In this document: positions 52,833 through 62,096 of the stretch, in pieces | Numbering within the stretch: position 1 is the first letter of the stretch | How the letters are laid out: each line of letters starts with the position of its first letter | From: Candidatus Aenigmatarchaeota archaeon | GTDB taxonomy: Archaea; Aenigmatarchaeota; Aenigmatarchaeia; Aenigmatarchaeales; Aenigmatarchaeaceae | Direction: 5' to 3' | Length of the DNA: 62,141 bases | Assembly: GCA_011773475.1 (NCBI GenBank) | Contig: WVXN01000047.1 | Coordinates: forward strand, 1,979-64,119 | The notes under the pieces: generated by a model | What the model was told of the DNA's origin: nothing | The model's database searches: none | What the model saw: only the letters and a program-made list of their open reading frames with translations | Made by a program: the position numbers and the translations under genes

Positions 52833-54548
52833 ATGATTAGGCAACCTATTGTAGTAACTATTGGTCATGTAGACCATGGAAAAACAACTTTGCTAGACAA
52901 GATTAGAAAAACCGCTGTTCAGTCAAAGGAAGCAGGAGGAATAACGCAAGCAATAGGTGCAACAGAAATCCCAATTGATGTTGTAAAAAGAATATGTGGA
53001 CCTCTTTTAGAAAAATTAAAAATTAGTATAACTATTCCGGGTCTGTTGTTCATAGACACTCCTGGTCACGAGGCATTCACATCAATAAGAAAAAGAGGAT
53101 CTTCAATTGCAGACCTAGCAATCTTGGTTATTGATATAAACGAAGGATTCCAAGCACAAACAGAAGAGTCATTGCAATTTTTAAAAGAATTTAAAACTCC
53201 TTTTTTTGTAGCAGCAACAAAAATTGATAGAATAGAAGGCTGGATTCAAAACCAAGGAGAATGCTTCTTAGACAGTTTTGAAAAACAACCGGACTGGGTC
53301 AAACAAAAGTTTGATGAAAAATTCTACAAATTAGTTGGACAATTGTCAGAAAGAGGTTTTGAATGCGAAAGATTTGATAGAGTAACAGACTTTAAGAAAA
53401 CAGTTTCAATTGTTCCTTGTTCTGGAATAACTGGGGAAGGTGTTGCTGAATTGTTAGTTGTTTTAGCTGGATTGGCCCAGACATTTCTTAAAGAACAATT
53501 AGAAGTTTCCAGAGGAGTAGGCAGAGGATCCATTTTAGAAGTTAAAGAATTACGAGGACTGGGGACAACAATTGATGTTATTCTTTATGATGGAGAAATA
53601 AAAAAAGGAGACTGGATAATAATCGGAGGAAAAAAACCAATTGTTACAAAAATAAAGGCTTTGTTGAAACCAAGACCATTAAAAGAAATAAGAGTTGAAA
53701 AAAGATTTGAGAACATTGATTATGTCACTGCTGCTGCAGGAATAAAAATTGCAGCACCTGATCTAGAAAATGTAATTGCAGGGAGCCCTCTGGCTAGTGT
53801 GCATGAAGGAGGCCAGATAGAAGAATTGAAAAAGGAATTACAGGCTGCTATAGGAGAAATAGAATTTGAAAAAACAGGGGAAGGTATAATTCTTAAAGCA
53901 GATAATCTAGGAAGTCTGGAAGCACTAATAGGAATTTTCAAAACTAGAGTTTCTATTAAAAAGGCTGAAATAGGAAAAGTCCTAAGAAAAGATGTTATTG
54001 AAATAGAAACTGTTAAAGACAGAATGAAAAAAATTATAATTGCTTTTAATGTTGATGTTGATGAAACAGCAGCAAAAGAAGCCGAAGATAAGTCACTAAA
54101 GATTTTACAAAACAACATAATCTATAAACTCACTGAAGGTTATGACGAATTTGTTAAAGAAGAAAAAGAAAAAATCAAACTAGAAAAATTGGAAACCATA
54201 ACTTTGCCAGCCAAGATTAAGATTCTTCCAGGACATACATTTCATGTTTCCCATCCTGCAATTGTTGGGATAGAAGTTTTAGCTGGAACAATAAAAAATG
54301 GTTATAAGTTAAAAAAGAATGAAAAAGAGATTGGAGAAATAAAAGCAGTGCAGTCGGAAGGGGCGTCTGTGGAAAAAGCTGTTGCAGGTGACAAGGTTGC
54401 TATTTCTATTGAGGGGCCAGTTGTTGGAAGACATGTAAGTGAGGGAGACGAGTTAACAACTATTTTAACTGAAAATGATTTGAAAGTTTTAAAAGAATTG
54501 GACATGAAAGAAGAGATTGAACTGGCAAAAGAGATTTTAAGTCGATGA
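52833..54548 (+). CDS. infB: Translation initiation factor aIF5B (IF2-like GTPase)
   Basis: GHVDHGKTTLLDKIR, DTPGHEAF, ATKIDR. Four-domain length (571 aa). Confidence 0.92.
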   Translation: MIRQPIVVTIGHVDHGKTTLLDKIRKTAVQSKEAGGITQAIGATEIPIDVVKRICGPLLEKLKISITIPGLLFIDTPGHEAFTSIRKRGSSIADLAILVIDINEGFQAQTEESLQFLKEFKTPFFVAATKIDRIEGWIQNQGECFLDSFEKQPDWVKQKFDEKFYKLVGQLSERGFECERFDRVTDFKKTVSIVPCSGITGEGVAELLVVLAGLAQTFLKEQLEVSRGVGRGSILEVKELRGLGTTIDVILYDGEIKKGDWIIIGGKKPIVTKIKALLKPRPLKEIRVEKRFENIDYVTAAAGIKIAAPDLENVIAGSPLASVHEGGQIEELKKELQAAIGEIEFEKTGEGIILKADNLGSLEALIGIFKTRVSIKKAEIGKVLRKDVIEIETVKDRMKKIIIAFNVDVDETAAKEAEDKSLKILQNNIIYKLTEGYDEFVKEEKEKIKLEKLETITLPAKIKILPGHTFHVSHPAIVGIEVLAGTIKNGYKLKKNEKEIGEIKAVQSEGASVEKAVAGDKVAISIEGPVVGRHVSEGDELTTILTENDLKVLKELDMKEEIELAKEILSR

Positions 54549-54552
54549 AAAT

Positions 54553-55287
54553 ATGATAGAATACTCCATCTTTTATATTATTTTAGCTATTATTAATGGA
54601 ATATTTGGACTAATAGTTGGAGCAGGTAATCTCCTAGTACCTGGTTTATTAGCTGTAGGTATACCAGCTCATACTGTTTTGGGTACAATCCGCTTATCTT
54701 TTTTAGGTGGTTCTTCAACATCTTCTTGGCGTTTCAAAATCAAGGGATATTTAAAGTTCCGAGAAGGTGTGCCTTTGATTTTTTCTTCTTTTTTTGCTTC
54801 AATTTTAGGAACTTTCTTTATTCTAAGCATTGCTGAAAGAATTGCAACATATCTTCTAGTTTCAATCATAATTATATCAGTTGTGCTTCTTTTATTTCGT
54901 AAAAAAATTGGAGTAAAAAGAGAAAAAAGAAAACATTCTACAGTTAACTTATTACTGATAGGTATAGGTTCTGGTTTTGTTAGCGGAGCATTCGGAATAA
55001 TGGGTGGTGCTGTTTCTGTTTTACCCCTAGTTTTTTTTGAACGATATACAATGAAGCAGGCTATTGCATTAAGTTCGATTCGAGGAATTGGAAGTCAAAC
55101 TGCAGCATTAATTGTTTTTGCATTAAATGGTGCTATTTTATGGGATGTTTCTTTAATGCTTTTAATAGGAGGAGTCATAGGTTCATTAGTGGGAGTTGAA
55201 ATTGCACATAAAATTCCAGAAAAAATTATAAAGTTCGCTTTCGCTTTTTCAACAATTTTATTAGCAATAAAAATTCTTTTCTTTTAA
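54553..55287 (+). CDS. TauE/SafE (TSUP) family membrane transporter
   Basis: 244 aa, ~7 TM with internal duplication and Gly-rich helices typical of DUF81/TSUP. Confidence 0.6.
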   Translation: MIEYSIFYIILAIINGIFGLIVGAGNLLVPGLLAVGIPAHTVLGTIRLSFLGGSSTSSWRFKIKGYLKFREGVPLIFSSFFASILGTFFILSIAERIATYLLVSIIIISVVLLLFRKKIGVKREKRKHSTVNLLLIGIGSGFVSGAFGIMGGAVSVLPLVFFERYTMKQAIALSSIRGIGSQTAALIVFALNGAILWDVSLMLLIGGVIGSLVGVEIAHKIPEKIIKFAFAFSTILLAIKILFF

Positions 55288-55291
55288 ATTG

Positions 55292-56017
55292 TTAAAATAT
55301 CTTAAAGCCCAGAATTAATAAGAACAATACTAATACAGGCTGATGAACAAGATAAATAATTAATGATTTTCTTCCCAAATATGTTAAAAATTTTACAAGA
55401 GATAAATTTGAGATGTTCTTTATTTTAAATCTTCTTTTTCCATTTTTGTATAAAAGATTTCCAAAATATATGCCCAACAAAGTAATACCAAACCATGGAA
55501 AGATCGGAAAGTAGTCAAATGTATAAAAGTATGTTGGGGTGAAGCCTAACCATAGAAGCCATGGAAAATCGAAAATAAAGTTCTTTAGATAAAAACCTAA
55601 AACAATAATTAATATTCCTAAGAAAAGATTCAATTTTTCAAATTTTAGGAAGAATTGTCCTAATATTATAGAAATTCCTATGAAATGAAGAATTCCAAAA
55701 ATTACAAAAACTTCAGGAAAGGTCAGAAATGTGATAACAGTTATTAGAATACCATAACCAAATATTTTCAGACCTCTTGAAAAATACTTTTTATATAATT
55801 TCCTCCTTTCCCATTTTTTAACTCTGCTATAGCTTATTGTTAATGACAAACCAACTAGGAAAATAAAAACCGCTGCAGCTAATCCAGGGAAAGCCATTCC
55901 TTCTTCAAAAAAATATATTCCAAGATAGAAAAGTGCGAAGGACCAGTTAAAAATTACCATTTTAATTATTGCAATTCCTCGTAAGAGATCAATTTCCCAA
56001 AACCTTTGTTTTTTCAT
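55292..56017 (-). CDS. DUF1624 (heparan-alpha-glucosaminide N-acetyltransferase-like) membrane protein
   Basis: N-terminal RFWEIDLLRGIAIIKMV signature. Multi-TM. Confidence 0.62.
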   Translation of the reverse strand: MKKQRFWEIDLLRGIAIIKMVIFNWSFALFYLGIYFFEEGMAFPGLAAAVFIFLVGLSLTISYSRVKKWERRKLYKKYFSRGLKIFGYGILITVITFLTFPEVFVIFGILHFIGISIILGQFFLKFEKLNLFLGILIIVLGFYLKNFIFDFPWLLWLGFTPTYFYTFDYFPIFPWFGITLLGIYFGNLLYKNGKRRFKIKNISNLSLVKFLTYLGRKSLIIYLVHQPVLVLFLLILGFKIF

Positions 56018-56063
56018 AGAGATTATTTAGTATTTATAGTTAAAAATAAAGATAAAAAAAGAA

Positions 56064-56552
56064 TTAAACACAAGCTCCATCGTAACAATTTGTTGTTGTA
56101 TTTGTATAACAGTTATAATCTGAGTAAAGAGGTTCAATTCCTGAACAATAATATTCTCTTAGAGTCATGCTAGTTAAGCAATAGTCTGTATGACTGTAAG
56201 GGTTCCCTTCAGAATATCCTGAGACTGTTCCCTTTACAGTTGGTGCAAATCCGAAATCAGTATCTGAGCAAGAATCTGGTTCTCCGCAATCTTCTGGACA
56301 TGTTTCTGAAGTTTCTCCACCTTCACAGACACCATCTCCACAATCAGTTTCATCATTATCATTCTTTGAATCACAACCAGTATCATTTGGCCAATCTATA
56401 TTACCATCTCCATCATTGTCTATTTCATCTCTGCATTCTTTTGGAGCTTTAGGAGCTCTTCCAGGAATTCCTCCTTTTGCTGCAATTGCTAACTGAACAA
56501 TTAAACCAATAGCCACTATGAATACTAATAAAGCAAGAATTTTTTTGTCCAT
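56064..56552 (-). CDS. Secreted Cys-rich protein with Asp-rich Ca-binding-type repeats
   Basis: Signal/anchor KILALLVFIVAIGLIVQLAIA. DNDGDGNIDWPNDTGCDSKNDNDE, CGDGVCEGGETSETCPEDCG. Confidence 0.6.
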   Translation of the reverse strand: MDKKILALLVFIVAIGLIVQLAIAAKGGIPGRAPKAPKECRDEIDNDGDGNIDWPNDTGCDSKNDNDETDCGDGVCEGGETSETCPEDCGEPDSCSDTDFGFAPTVKGTVSGYSEGNPYSHTDYCLTSMTLREYYCSGIEPLYSDYNCYTNTTTNCYDGACV

Positions 56553-56658
56553 TTTTAATATAATATAAATTAGCTTTATATATTTTTGTAGTGGATTATA
56601 ATTATTAAAATAACCCGGATATGTGCATTATAAGCAAAAACTGGGGAGGTGTAAAAAT

Positions 56659-57216
56659 ATGGTATTTAAAATTGTAATTTCAGAGCCAAAATCAAGGAAA
56701 GCCTGGCAAATAGAAAAAGATGCTCCTTCTTTAATGGGAAAGAAAATTGGAGAACAGTTTGATGGTTCTTTAATAGGATTATCTGGTTTTACTTTACAAA
56801 TAACTGGTGGAAGTGATAAAGATGGATTTCCTATGAGACCAGATTTAGAGGGTTCAGTTAGAAAAAAAGCTTTGTTGTCTAAAGGAATTGGTTTTAGAGG
56901 ATTTAAAAAAATAAAGAAAAAGAAATACAAAAGAAAAGGAATGAGAAAAAGAAAATATATAAGGGGCAATACAATATCTGAAAATATTATTCAAGTTAAT
57001 TGTAAAATTTTGGAAGGTGAAGGGAATATTCCTATGATTTTAGGTATAAAACCAAAAGAAGAGGAAAAGAAAGAAGAGGCACCAAAAACAGAAGCTCCAG
57101 AACCTGAAGTCGAACAACCTAAAGCTGAAATAAAACCAGAGAAACCAGCAGTAGAGAAAGAAGAAAAAAAAGAAGTTAAAGAAGAACCTAAGAAAGAGGA
57201 TGTTAAAGAGGGATAA
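56659..57216 (+). CDS. rps6e: Ribosomal protein S6e with ~50-aa Lys/Glu/Pro-rich C-terminal extension
   Basis: MVFKIVISEP...GKKIGEQFDGSLIGLSGFTLQITGGSDKDGFPMR. ATG 56659 lies 7 nt after SD ggaggtg (56645-56651). The track start 56623 is upstream in frame. Confidence 0.85.
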   Translation: MVFKIVISEPKSRKAWQIEKDAPSLMGKKIGEQFDGSLIGLSGFTLQITGGSDKDGFPMRPDLEGSVRKKALLSKGIGFRGFKKIKKKKYKRKGMRKRKYIRGNTISENIIQVNCKILEGEGNIPMILGIKPKEEEKKEEAPKTEAPEPEVEQPKAEIKPEKPAVEKEEKKEVKEEPKKEDVKEG

Positions 57217-57332
57217 TGATGGAAAGATGTCCTGAGTGTGGTTGTGAACAGTTCTATGAGGATAAAACAAGAGGAGAAAAAGTTTGTGCAGTTTGTGGTT
57301 TCGTCATAGATATTAAAAAGAAAGGTGAATAA
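57216..57332 (+). CDS. 38-aa zinc-ribbon protein (TFIIB-type ribbon; not in ORF track)
   Basis: MMERCPECGCEQFYEDKTRGEKVCAVCGFVIDIKKKGE, with CPxCG...CxxCG. ATG shares a base with the S6e stop, and its 3' end overlaps the aIF2-gamma start. Confidence 0.5.
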   Translation: MMERCPECGCEQFYEDKTRGEKVCAVCGFVIDIKKKGE

Positions 57333-58542
57333 AATTCCCAAAAAAGAAACAGACCCAAGATTGATACCAGAAGTTAATATTGGCACACTTGGCCATGTTG
57401 ATCATGGAAAATCTACTTTAGTTCAAGCCATTTCTGGTAAATGGCCTGCAGTACATTCCGAGGAATTGAAAAGAGGAATTACAATAAAACTAGGTTATGC
57501 TGATGCAACAATATACAAGTGTAGCAAGTGTAATGCTCTTTGTTCAACAGAAAAATGTTTAAATTGTTTTGAAAAATGTGAACCTGAGAGAACAATTTCT
57601 TTTGTTGATGCTCCTGGTCATGAAACTTTAATGGCAACTGTTTTAGCAGGAGCAAGTTTAATGGATGGCATTCTTTTTGTCATAGCAGCAAATGAGGAAT
57701 GTCCACAACCACAAACAAGAGAACACATGATGGTTCTAAACATAGTTGGAATAAAAAATGTAGTTATTGTGCAAACTAAAATAGATATAGTCAGCAAAAA
57801 AGAAACTTTAGAACATTATAAAAAAATAAAAGAATTTGTTAAAGGAACAGTTGCAGAAAATGCTCCAATAATTCCTGTTTCTGCGCAAAACAAAATAAAC
57901 ATTAAAGCTGTCTTGGAAGCCATTCAAAACAACATACCAACACCCCAAAGAGATAATTCTAAACCTACTAAGATGTTGGTTGCAAGATCATTTGATGTTA
58001 ACAAGCCTGGAACAGAAATAGAGAAATTAAAAGGAGGTGTTATTGGAGGTGCTTTAATAGAAGGTGAATTGAAAATAAATGATGGAATTGAAATAAAGCC
58101 CGGAGTTTTCTTAAAAAATAAGTGGGTTCCATTAAAGACAAAAGTTGTTGGCTTGCAAAAAGCAGGAAAGAACTTAGAAAAAGCTGGTCCAGGTGGTTTA
58201 TTAGGAGTTCTAACAGAATTGGACCCCGGTCTTTCAAAAGCTGATTATCTAGCTGGTTCTATTGCAGGAGTTGAACTACCTTCTGTTTTAGACAAACTAA
58301 ACCTGAAAGTTAATTTGTTTGAAAAATCCCTTGAAGAAAAAGTGGAACCAATAAAAGTAGGAGAAGAAATAATGTTAAATGTAGGAACAACAAGAACATT
58401 GGGAATTGTTAAAGATGTTAAAAAAGATGTTATTGAAATGGAATTAAAATTGCCAGTCTGTGCTGATAAAAATGATAAAGTTGTTTTGTCTAGAAAAATA
58501 TCAGAAAGATGGAGACTAATTGGCTATTCTGAAATCGTTTAA
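57325..58542 (+). CDS. eif2g: Translation initiation factor aIF2 gamma subunit
   Basis: GHVDHGKSTL, zinc knuckle CSKCN...CLNC, DAPGHE, QTKID. 405 aa, GTG start. Confidence 0.92.
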   Translation: MNKIPKKETDPRLIPEVNIGTLGHVDHGKSTLVQAISGKWPAVHSEELKRGITIKLGYADATIYKCSKCNALCSTEKCLNCFEKCEPERTISFVDAPGHETLMATVLAGASLMDGILFVIAANEECPQPQTREHMMVLNIVGIKNVVIVQTKIDIVSKKETLEHYKKIKEFVKGTVAENAPIIPVSAQNKINIKAVLEAIQNNIPTPQRDNSKPTKMLVARSFDVNKPGTEIEKLKGGVIGGALIEGELKINDGIEIKPGVFLKNKWVPLKTKVVGLQKAGKNLEKAGPGGLLGVLTELDPGLSKADYLAGSIAGVELPSVLDKLNLKVNLFEKSLEEKVEPIKVGEEIMLNVGTTRTLGIVKDVKKDVIEMELKLPVCADKNDKVVLSRKISERWRLIGYSEIV

Positions 58543-58550
58543 ATGATAAC

Positions 58551-59012
58551 ATGAAATGTGAAAGATGTGGGAAAGTAGAAGGAGAATATTTATGCTCAGT
58601 TTGTAAAAGAGTTGTATGTTCAGACTGTAAAGTTGTGGACAAAGGAAAAGTTTTTTGTGCAGACCATGCCCCTAAAACTATTGCTCCAACTAAAACTCCT
58701 GCCCCAATTCAACCTCCTCAATCAAAAAAAGAGCCTACAATTTTTAAAATCTTAAGAGAACTTATTTATACCTTTTTAATACTACTTATTGGAATTATCA
58801 TAATCTTTGCTATTTCCAATTATTTTATTTCTGACTTATTGAGTTCAATTGCAGAAACAGTATCTGATATCCTTCCCGAACTCGAATTTGTATTTCTTTT
58901 TTTAACATACTTTGAGTCAGCGGGTCTGTATGCGATTATAACACTAGTTATAATTGTAGTGCTCTTAATAATGGTTTATAAGCTAAAAAAGCGTTCATAT
59001 AAAAATATTTAA
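58551..59012 (+). CDS. Zn-ribbon/B-box-like N-terminal domain protein with two C-terminal TM helices
   Basis: CERCG...CSVC...CSDC...CADH, followed by hydrophobic helices. Confidence 0.5.
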   Translation: MKCERCGKVEGEYLCSVCKRVVCSDCKVVDKGKVFCADHAPKTIAPTKTPAPIQPPQSKKEPTIFKILRELIYTFLILLIGIIIIFAISNYFISDLLSSIAETVSDILPELEFVFLFLTYFESAGLYAIITLVIIVVLLIMVYKLKKRSYKNI

Positions 59013-59014
59013 AC

Positions 59015-60436
59015 TTGAGCGTACAATTGTTTGTTATGAAAAGGGTTGTATTTTCGTTTCTTTTAACATTTCTTATACTCAGTTCAATAGGACTGGCTCA
59101 GGATTTTTCAATAGATGTGGATGTAAAGGACTTTTATGTTGCAACTCATACAGATTACATAACTTTGAAAATAAACAATCCAATGTCAGAAGACTGGTTT
59201 TCAATAAGCCTTATAGGACCAGAGGACTGGGTTAAGGCTGAAGCATTTTCTTTAAGAGTTCCAACAGCTGGAAGTGAAACAACACTCATAAAGGTTGAAC
59301 CTCCAAAAGATGTTGTACCACTACTTTATCCTTATCAATACTTTCTTAAAATAAAAAGAATTAGCACGGGTTCTGTTTTAGAAGAAAAAATATTATTAAA
59401 GATTAAACAGATAACAAATGCTATAATAAAAGATTTTAAATTGAGTTGTACTAGTTGTATGGACAAGGTTGATATCTCTGGAACAGTTTATAATGTTGGT
59501 TCTAATCCAATAGATCTTTCAATAGTTTTTAATTTAGGAGGCCAGACAAAAACACTTCATATAGGCTTTGTTAATGTATTTGGTAAAGAAGAGTTTGAGA
59601 CTAGCTTTTCTTTGAAAAACTGGAAACCTGGAGATTATAATGTTGAAGCAAAATTAATTGATGTTGAAGGAAGATTAATGTATGAAGAATCAGGATCATT
59701 TAAAATACCATTTATAGAAAACATAATTTATGATAGAGATGTTTCATCAACAATTTTTGGTGCCACTGTAACAGTGACTGCAACAAACGAGGGGAACAGT
59801 GCTTCTGAAGCTGATTTAAAATCTGTTGCTCCTCAAACATGGTATTCTATATATTCAGGACCTTCACCAACAGGAATGGCAATTGGTGAGCACTACTATT
59901 GGAAAGTTCAATTAGAACCAAATGAGAGCAAGAGCATAACTTATTCAGAAGTCTATTGGCCAACATATGTTATCATATTATTCATTATTGCGATCATAGG
60001 TTTAGCTTATTGGCAATCAAAAGCTTTTGACTTTTCTAAGATTATTCATGGTAGCAGAAGAGCTAAAGCTGGAAAAAACATTTCAGTCTCTTTACATATA
60101 AAAGGCAAGAAAAACGGAGTTGACAGAGCAGTTGTAAAAGATGTTGTTCCTTCTGGATATTCCATTGTGGATAAATTTGAAACTGTGAAACCTATAATAA
60201 GAAAAATAGCTAATGGTGTTGAGCTTAATTGGAAAGTAGGAAAATTAAAACCACAAGAAGAAAGAGTTCTCCATTACACAATCAAACCAACAGCAGAAGC
60301 TAAAACAAAGAAACTACCTCCAGCAAGAGCAAGGGCGCTCCATAAAAAGAAAATTGTCCATAGAAAATCTAATAAAATTTCTTTAAGCCCAGAAAAAGAA
60401 GAAGTAAAATTCGTTACAGTGAAAGTAAGGAAATAA
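59015..60436 (+). CDS. Signal-peptide surface protein with beta-rich repeats and a C-proximal TM (473 aa)
   Basis: Signal FSFLLTFLILSSIGLAQD, TM VIILFIIAIIGLAYW, basic tail. CARDB/DUF11-like is only a guess. Confidence 0.5.
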   Translation: MSVQLFVMKRVVFSFLLTFLILSSIGLAQDFSIDVDVKDFYVATHTDYITLKINNPMSEDWFSISLIGPEDWVKAEAFSLRVPTAGSETTLIKVEPPKDVVPLLYPYQYFLKIKRISTGSVLEEKILLKIKQITNAIIKDFKLSCTSCMDKVDISGTVYNVGSNPIDLSIVFNLGGQTKTLHIGFVNVFGKEEFETSFSLKNWKPGDYNVEAKLIDVEGRLMYEESGSFKIPFIENIIYDRDVSSTIFGATVTVTATNEGNSASEADLKSVAPQTWYSIYSGPSPTGMAIGEHYYWKVQLEPNESKSITYSEVYWPTYVIILFIIAIIGLAYWQSKAFDFSKIIHGSRRAKAGKNISVSLHIKGKKNGVDRAVVKDVVPSGYSIVDKFETVKPIIRKIANGVELNWKVGKLKPQEERVLHYTIKPTAEAKTKKLPPARARALHKKKIVHRKSNKISLSPEKEEVKFVTVKVRK

Positions 60437-60474
60437 TTACAAACCTTTATAAACAAAATATTTTAATAAAAAAT

Positions 60475-61173
60475 ATGAAGAAACAAAAGGATTTTTCTAA
60501 GAGAATACTGGTTGGAATTACTGGACATAAAGATAGCCATTGGAAAAATAAGTTAAAGGAGATTAATAAACTTGAGATTTCTAAAATAGCTTTGTTCTTA
60601 GAACGTTTTAGCAGTCCACAAAGGAAAAGAATCTATAAAGCTCTTTTAACTTCTAAAATCAAAAAAATCCCTTTAGTTCATATTAGAAATGATATGAGGA
60701 AAGAAGAACTTGTCTTTCTTGTTAAGAATTTTTACTCTTCATACCTTACTATCCACGAAGATAGTTTTAAAGTTTTAAAGAAATGGAAGGGTTTCTACAA
60801 ACACTTATTTTTAGAGATGAATACAGATAATTTCGTTTCAGATTCTGTAAATGTGGGTAAAGTTGGTGGATTTTGTGTAGATCTTGCTCATTTTAAAAAA
60901 GAAGAAGAAAGATGGTCAAAAGAATTTGAATATATTATTAAAAGAAGAAAAATATCTAAGTTTTTTGCCTGTAATCACTTAAATGGATACACATTCGAGA
61001 AAGATACTGATCTACATACAATAAAAAATCTAAAGGATTTTAATTATCTAAAAACACTACCAAAATTTTTGTTCGGAGACATTATTGGTTTAGAAACTGA
61101 AAATGGGATATTTAAACAATTAGAATTTAAAAAACATCTAGTTAAATTGTTGAATCAATTGTTTAACAAGTAA
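60475..61173 (+). CDS. Hypothetical protein (232 aa)
   Basis: Open frame. No family recognised. Confidence 0.45.
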   Translation: MKKQKDFSKRILVGITGHKDSHWKNKLKEINKLEISKIALFLERFSSPQRKRIYKALLTSKIKKIPLVHIRNDMRKEELVFLVKNFYSSYLTIHEDSFKVLKKWKGFYKHLFLEMNTDNFVSDSVNVGKVGGFCVDLAHFKKEEERWSKEFEYIIKRRKISKFFACNHLNGYTFEKDTDLHTIKNLKDFNYLKTLPKFLFGDIIGLETENGIFKQLEFKKHLVKLLNQLFNK

Positions 61174-61215
61174 ACAAATAAATTTTTAAATACTTGTAAA
61201 ATTAATTCTGAATAT

Positions 61216-61328
61216 CCCGACTTAGCTCAATAGTAGAGCGATCGGCTGTAGAGTTTTACTTTATAGTATTGCTCACCAGCAATTGCTCAGAAACCGATAG
61301 GTTGAGGGTGCGAATCCCTCAGTCGGGA
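61216..61328 (+). tRNA. tRNA-Tyr (GTA) with ~41-nt intron at the canonical 37/38 position (about 61252-61292)
   Basis: Acceptor cccgact/agtcggg with the archaeal-type C1:G72 pair and discriminator A. D arm gctc/gagc, anticodon stem atcgg/ccgat with loop ct-GTA-g...a, T arm gaggg-tgcgaat-ccctc. TATA tttttaaatac ~27 nt upstream. Confidence 0.8.
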
Positions 61329-61488
61329 CAATTTTAAGAATTCTTTTCATTTTTAGCTTTTTCCTTTAATTTTCTATACTCTTCCCTTCTAAGAAACTTC
61401 TTAAATATTTTTTTAAAAGAATAAGATATAGTTACTTCAAAACCTCTTTTTTGTTCTATTTTAACATATGACATTTGATAGGATAATT

Positions 61489-61860
61489 CTACTCCCTCGG
61501 GAATTTATTAAGAATTCTCTTTATTTCCAAGAAATACGATATTAAAAGTGGTATTATAAATAATCCAATTCCAGTTAGATCATTGAAAAAGCTACCGAAA
61601 CTAACAGATATTACATAGAGTATGAAAGCAGTGTCTATTCTTCCTTCAAAACTGGTTTTCTTTCTAAAATGATTAAATATAAGAAAAATAATAAGTGAGA
61701 AAATAACAGTCGTTGCCATGATTGAAATAATGTAATAAATTAATCGGAAATTAAAAAACAAGAGAAAATTATTTATTAAAATATTGTATATTGGGAATAA
61801 AAATCCTATTAAAAATAGTAAAAGCCACTGCCAGATTTTCAATTTCTTGGTTTCCATCAT
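61489..61860 (-). CDS. Small multi-TM membrane protein (123 aa)
   Basis: Four hydrophobic helices. No family recognised. Confidence 0.42.
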   Translation of the reverse strand: MMETKKLKIWQWLLLFLIGFLFPIYNILINNFLLFFNFRLIYYIISIMATTVIFSLIIFLIFNHFRKKTSFEGRIDTAFILYVISVSFGSFFNDLTGIGLFIIPLLISYFLEIKRILNKFPRE

Positions 61861-61927
61861 ATTATATAATTATTTAGCCCGCTTAAAAATGAAACCTTTA
61901 AATATTTTTGAGAATTAACTAATGATT

Positions 61928-62044
61928 GGTTGCCGATCAAAGAGAGATGGCAAGACCCGTTCCCATTTCGAACACGGCAGTGAATCGTCTCATCGATCTG
62001 GGTTGTACTATCGAAAAGATGGGAAGCTCAGAAAGTTGGCAACC
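61928..62044 (+). rRNA. 5S rRNA
   Basis: Helix I ggttgcc (61928-61934)/ggcaacc (62038-62044). Conserved cccgttcccatttcgaacacgg. TATA cctttaaatatt ~27 nt upstream. Ends +-3 nt. Confidence 0.85.
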
Positions 62045-62096
62045 GCTACTTTTCTGGAAAGTATTTAAATATAATTGTAAATAAAAGAATAGATAT

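Noticed and set aside
61334-61474. 46-codon basic ORF on the minus strand just downstream of 61489-61860
   Set aside because: Only an open frame, with no SD or promoter, lying in the tRNA-Tyr 3' flank. The evidence is insufficient to call it.
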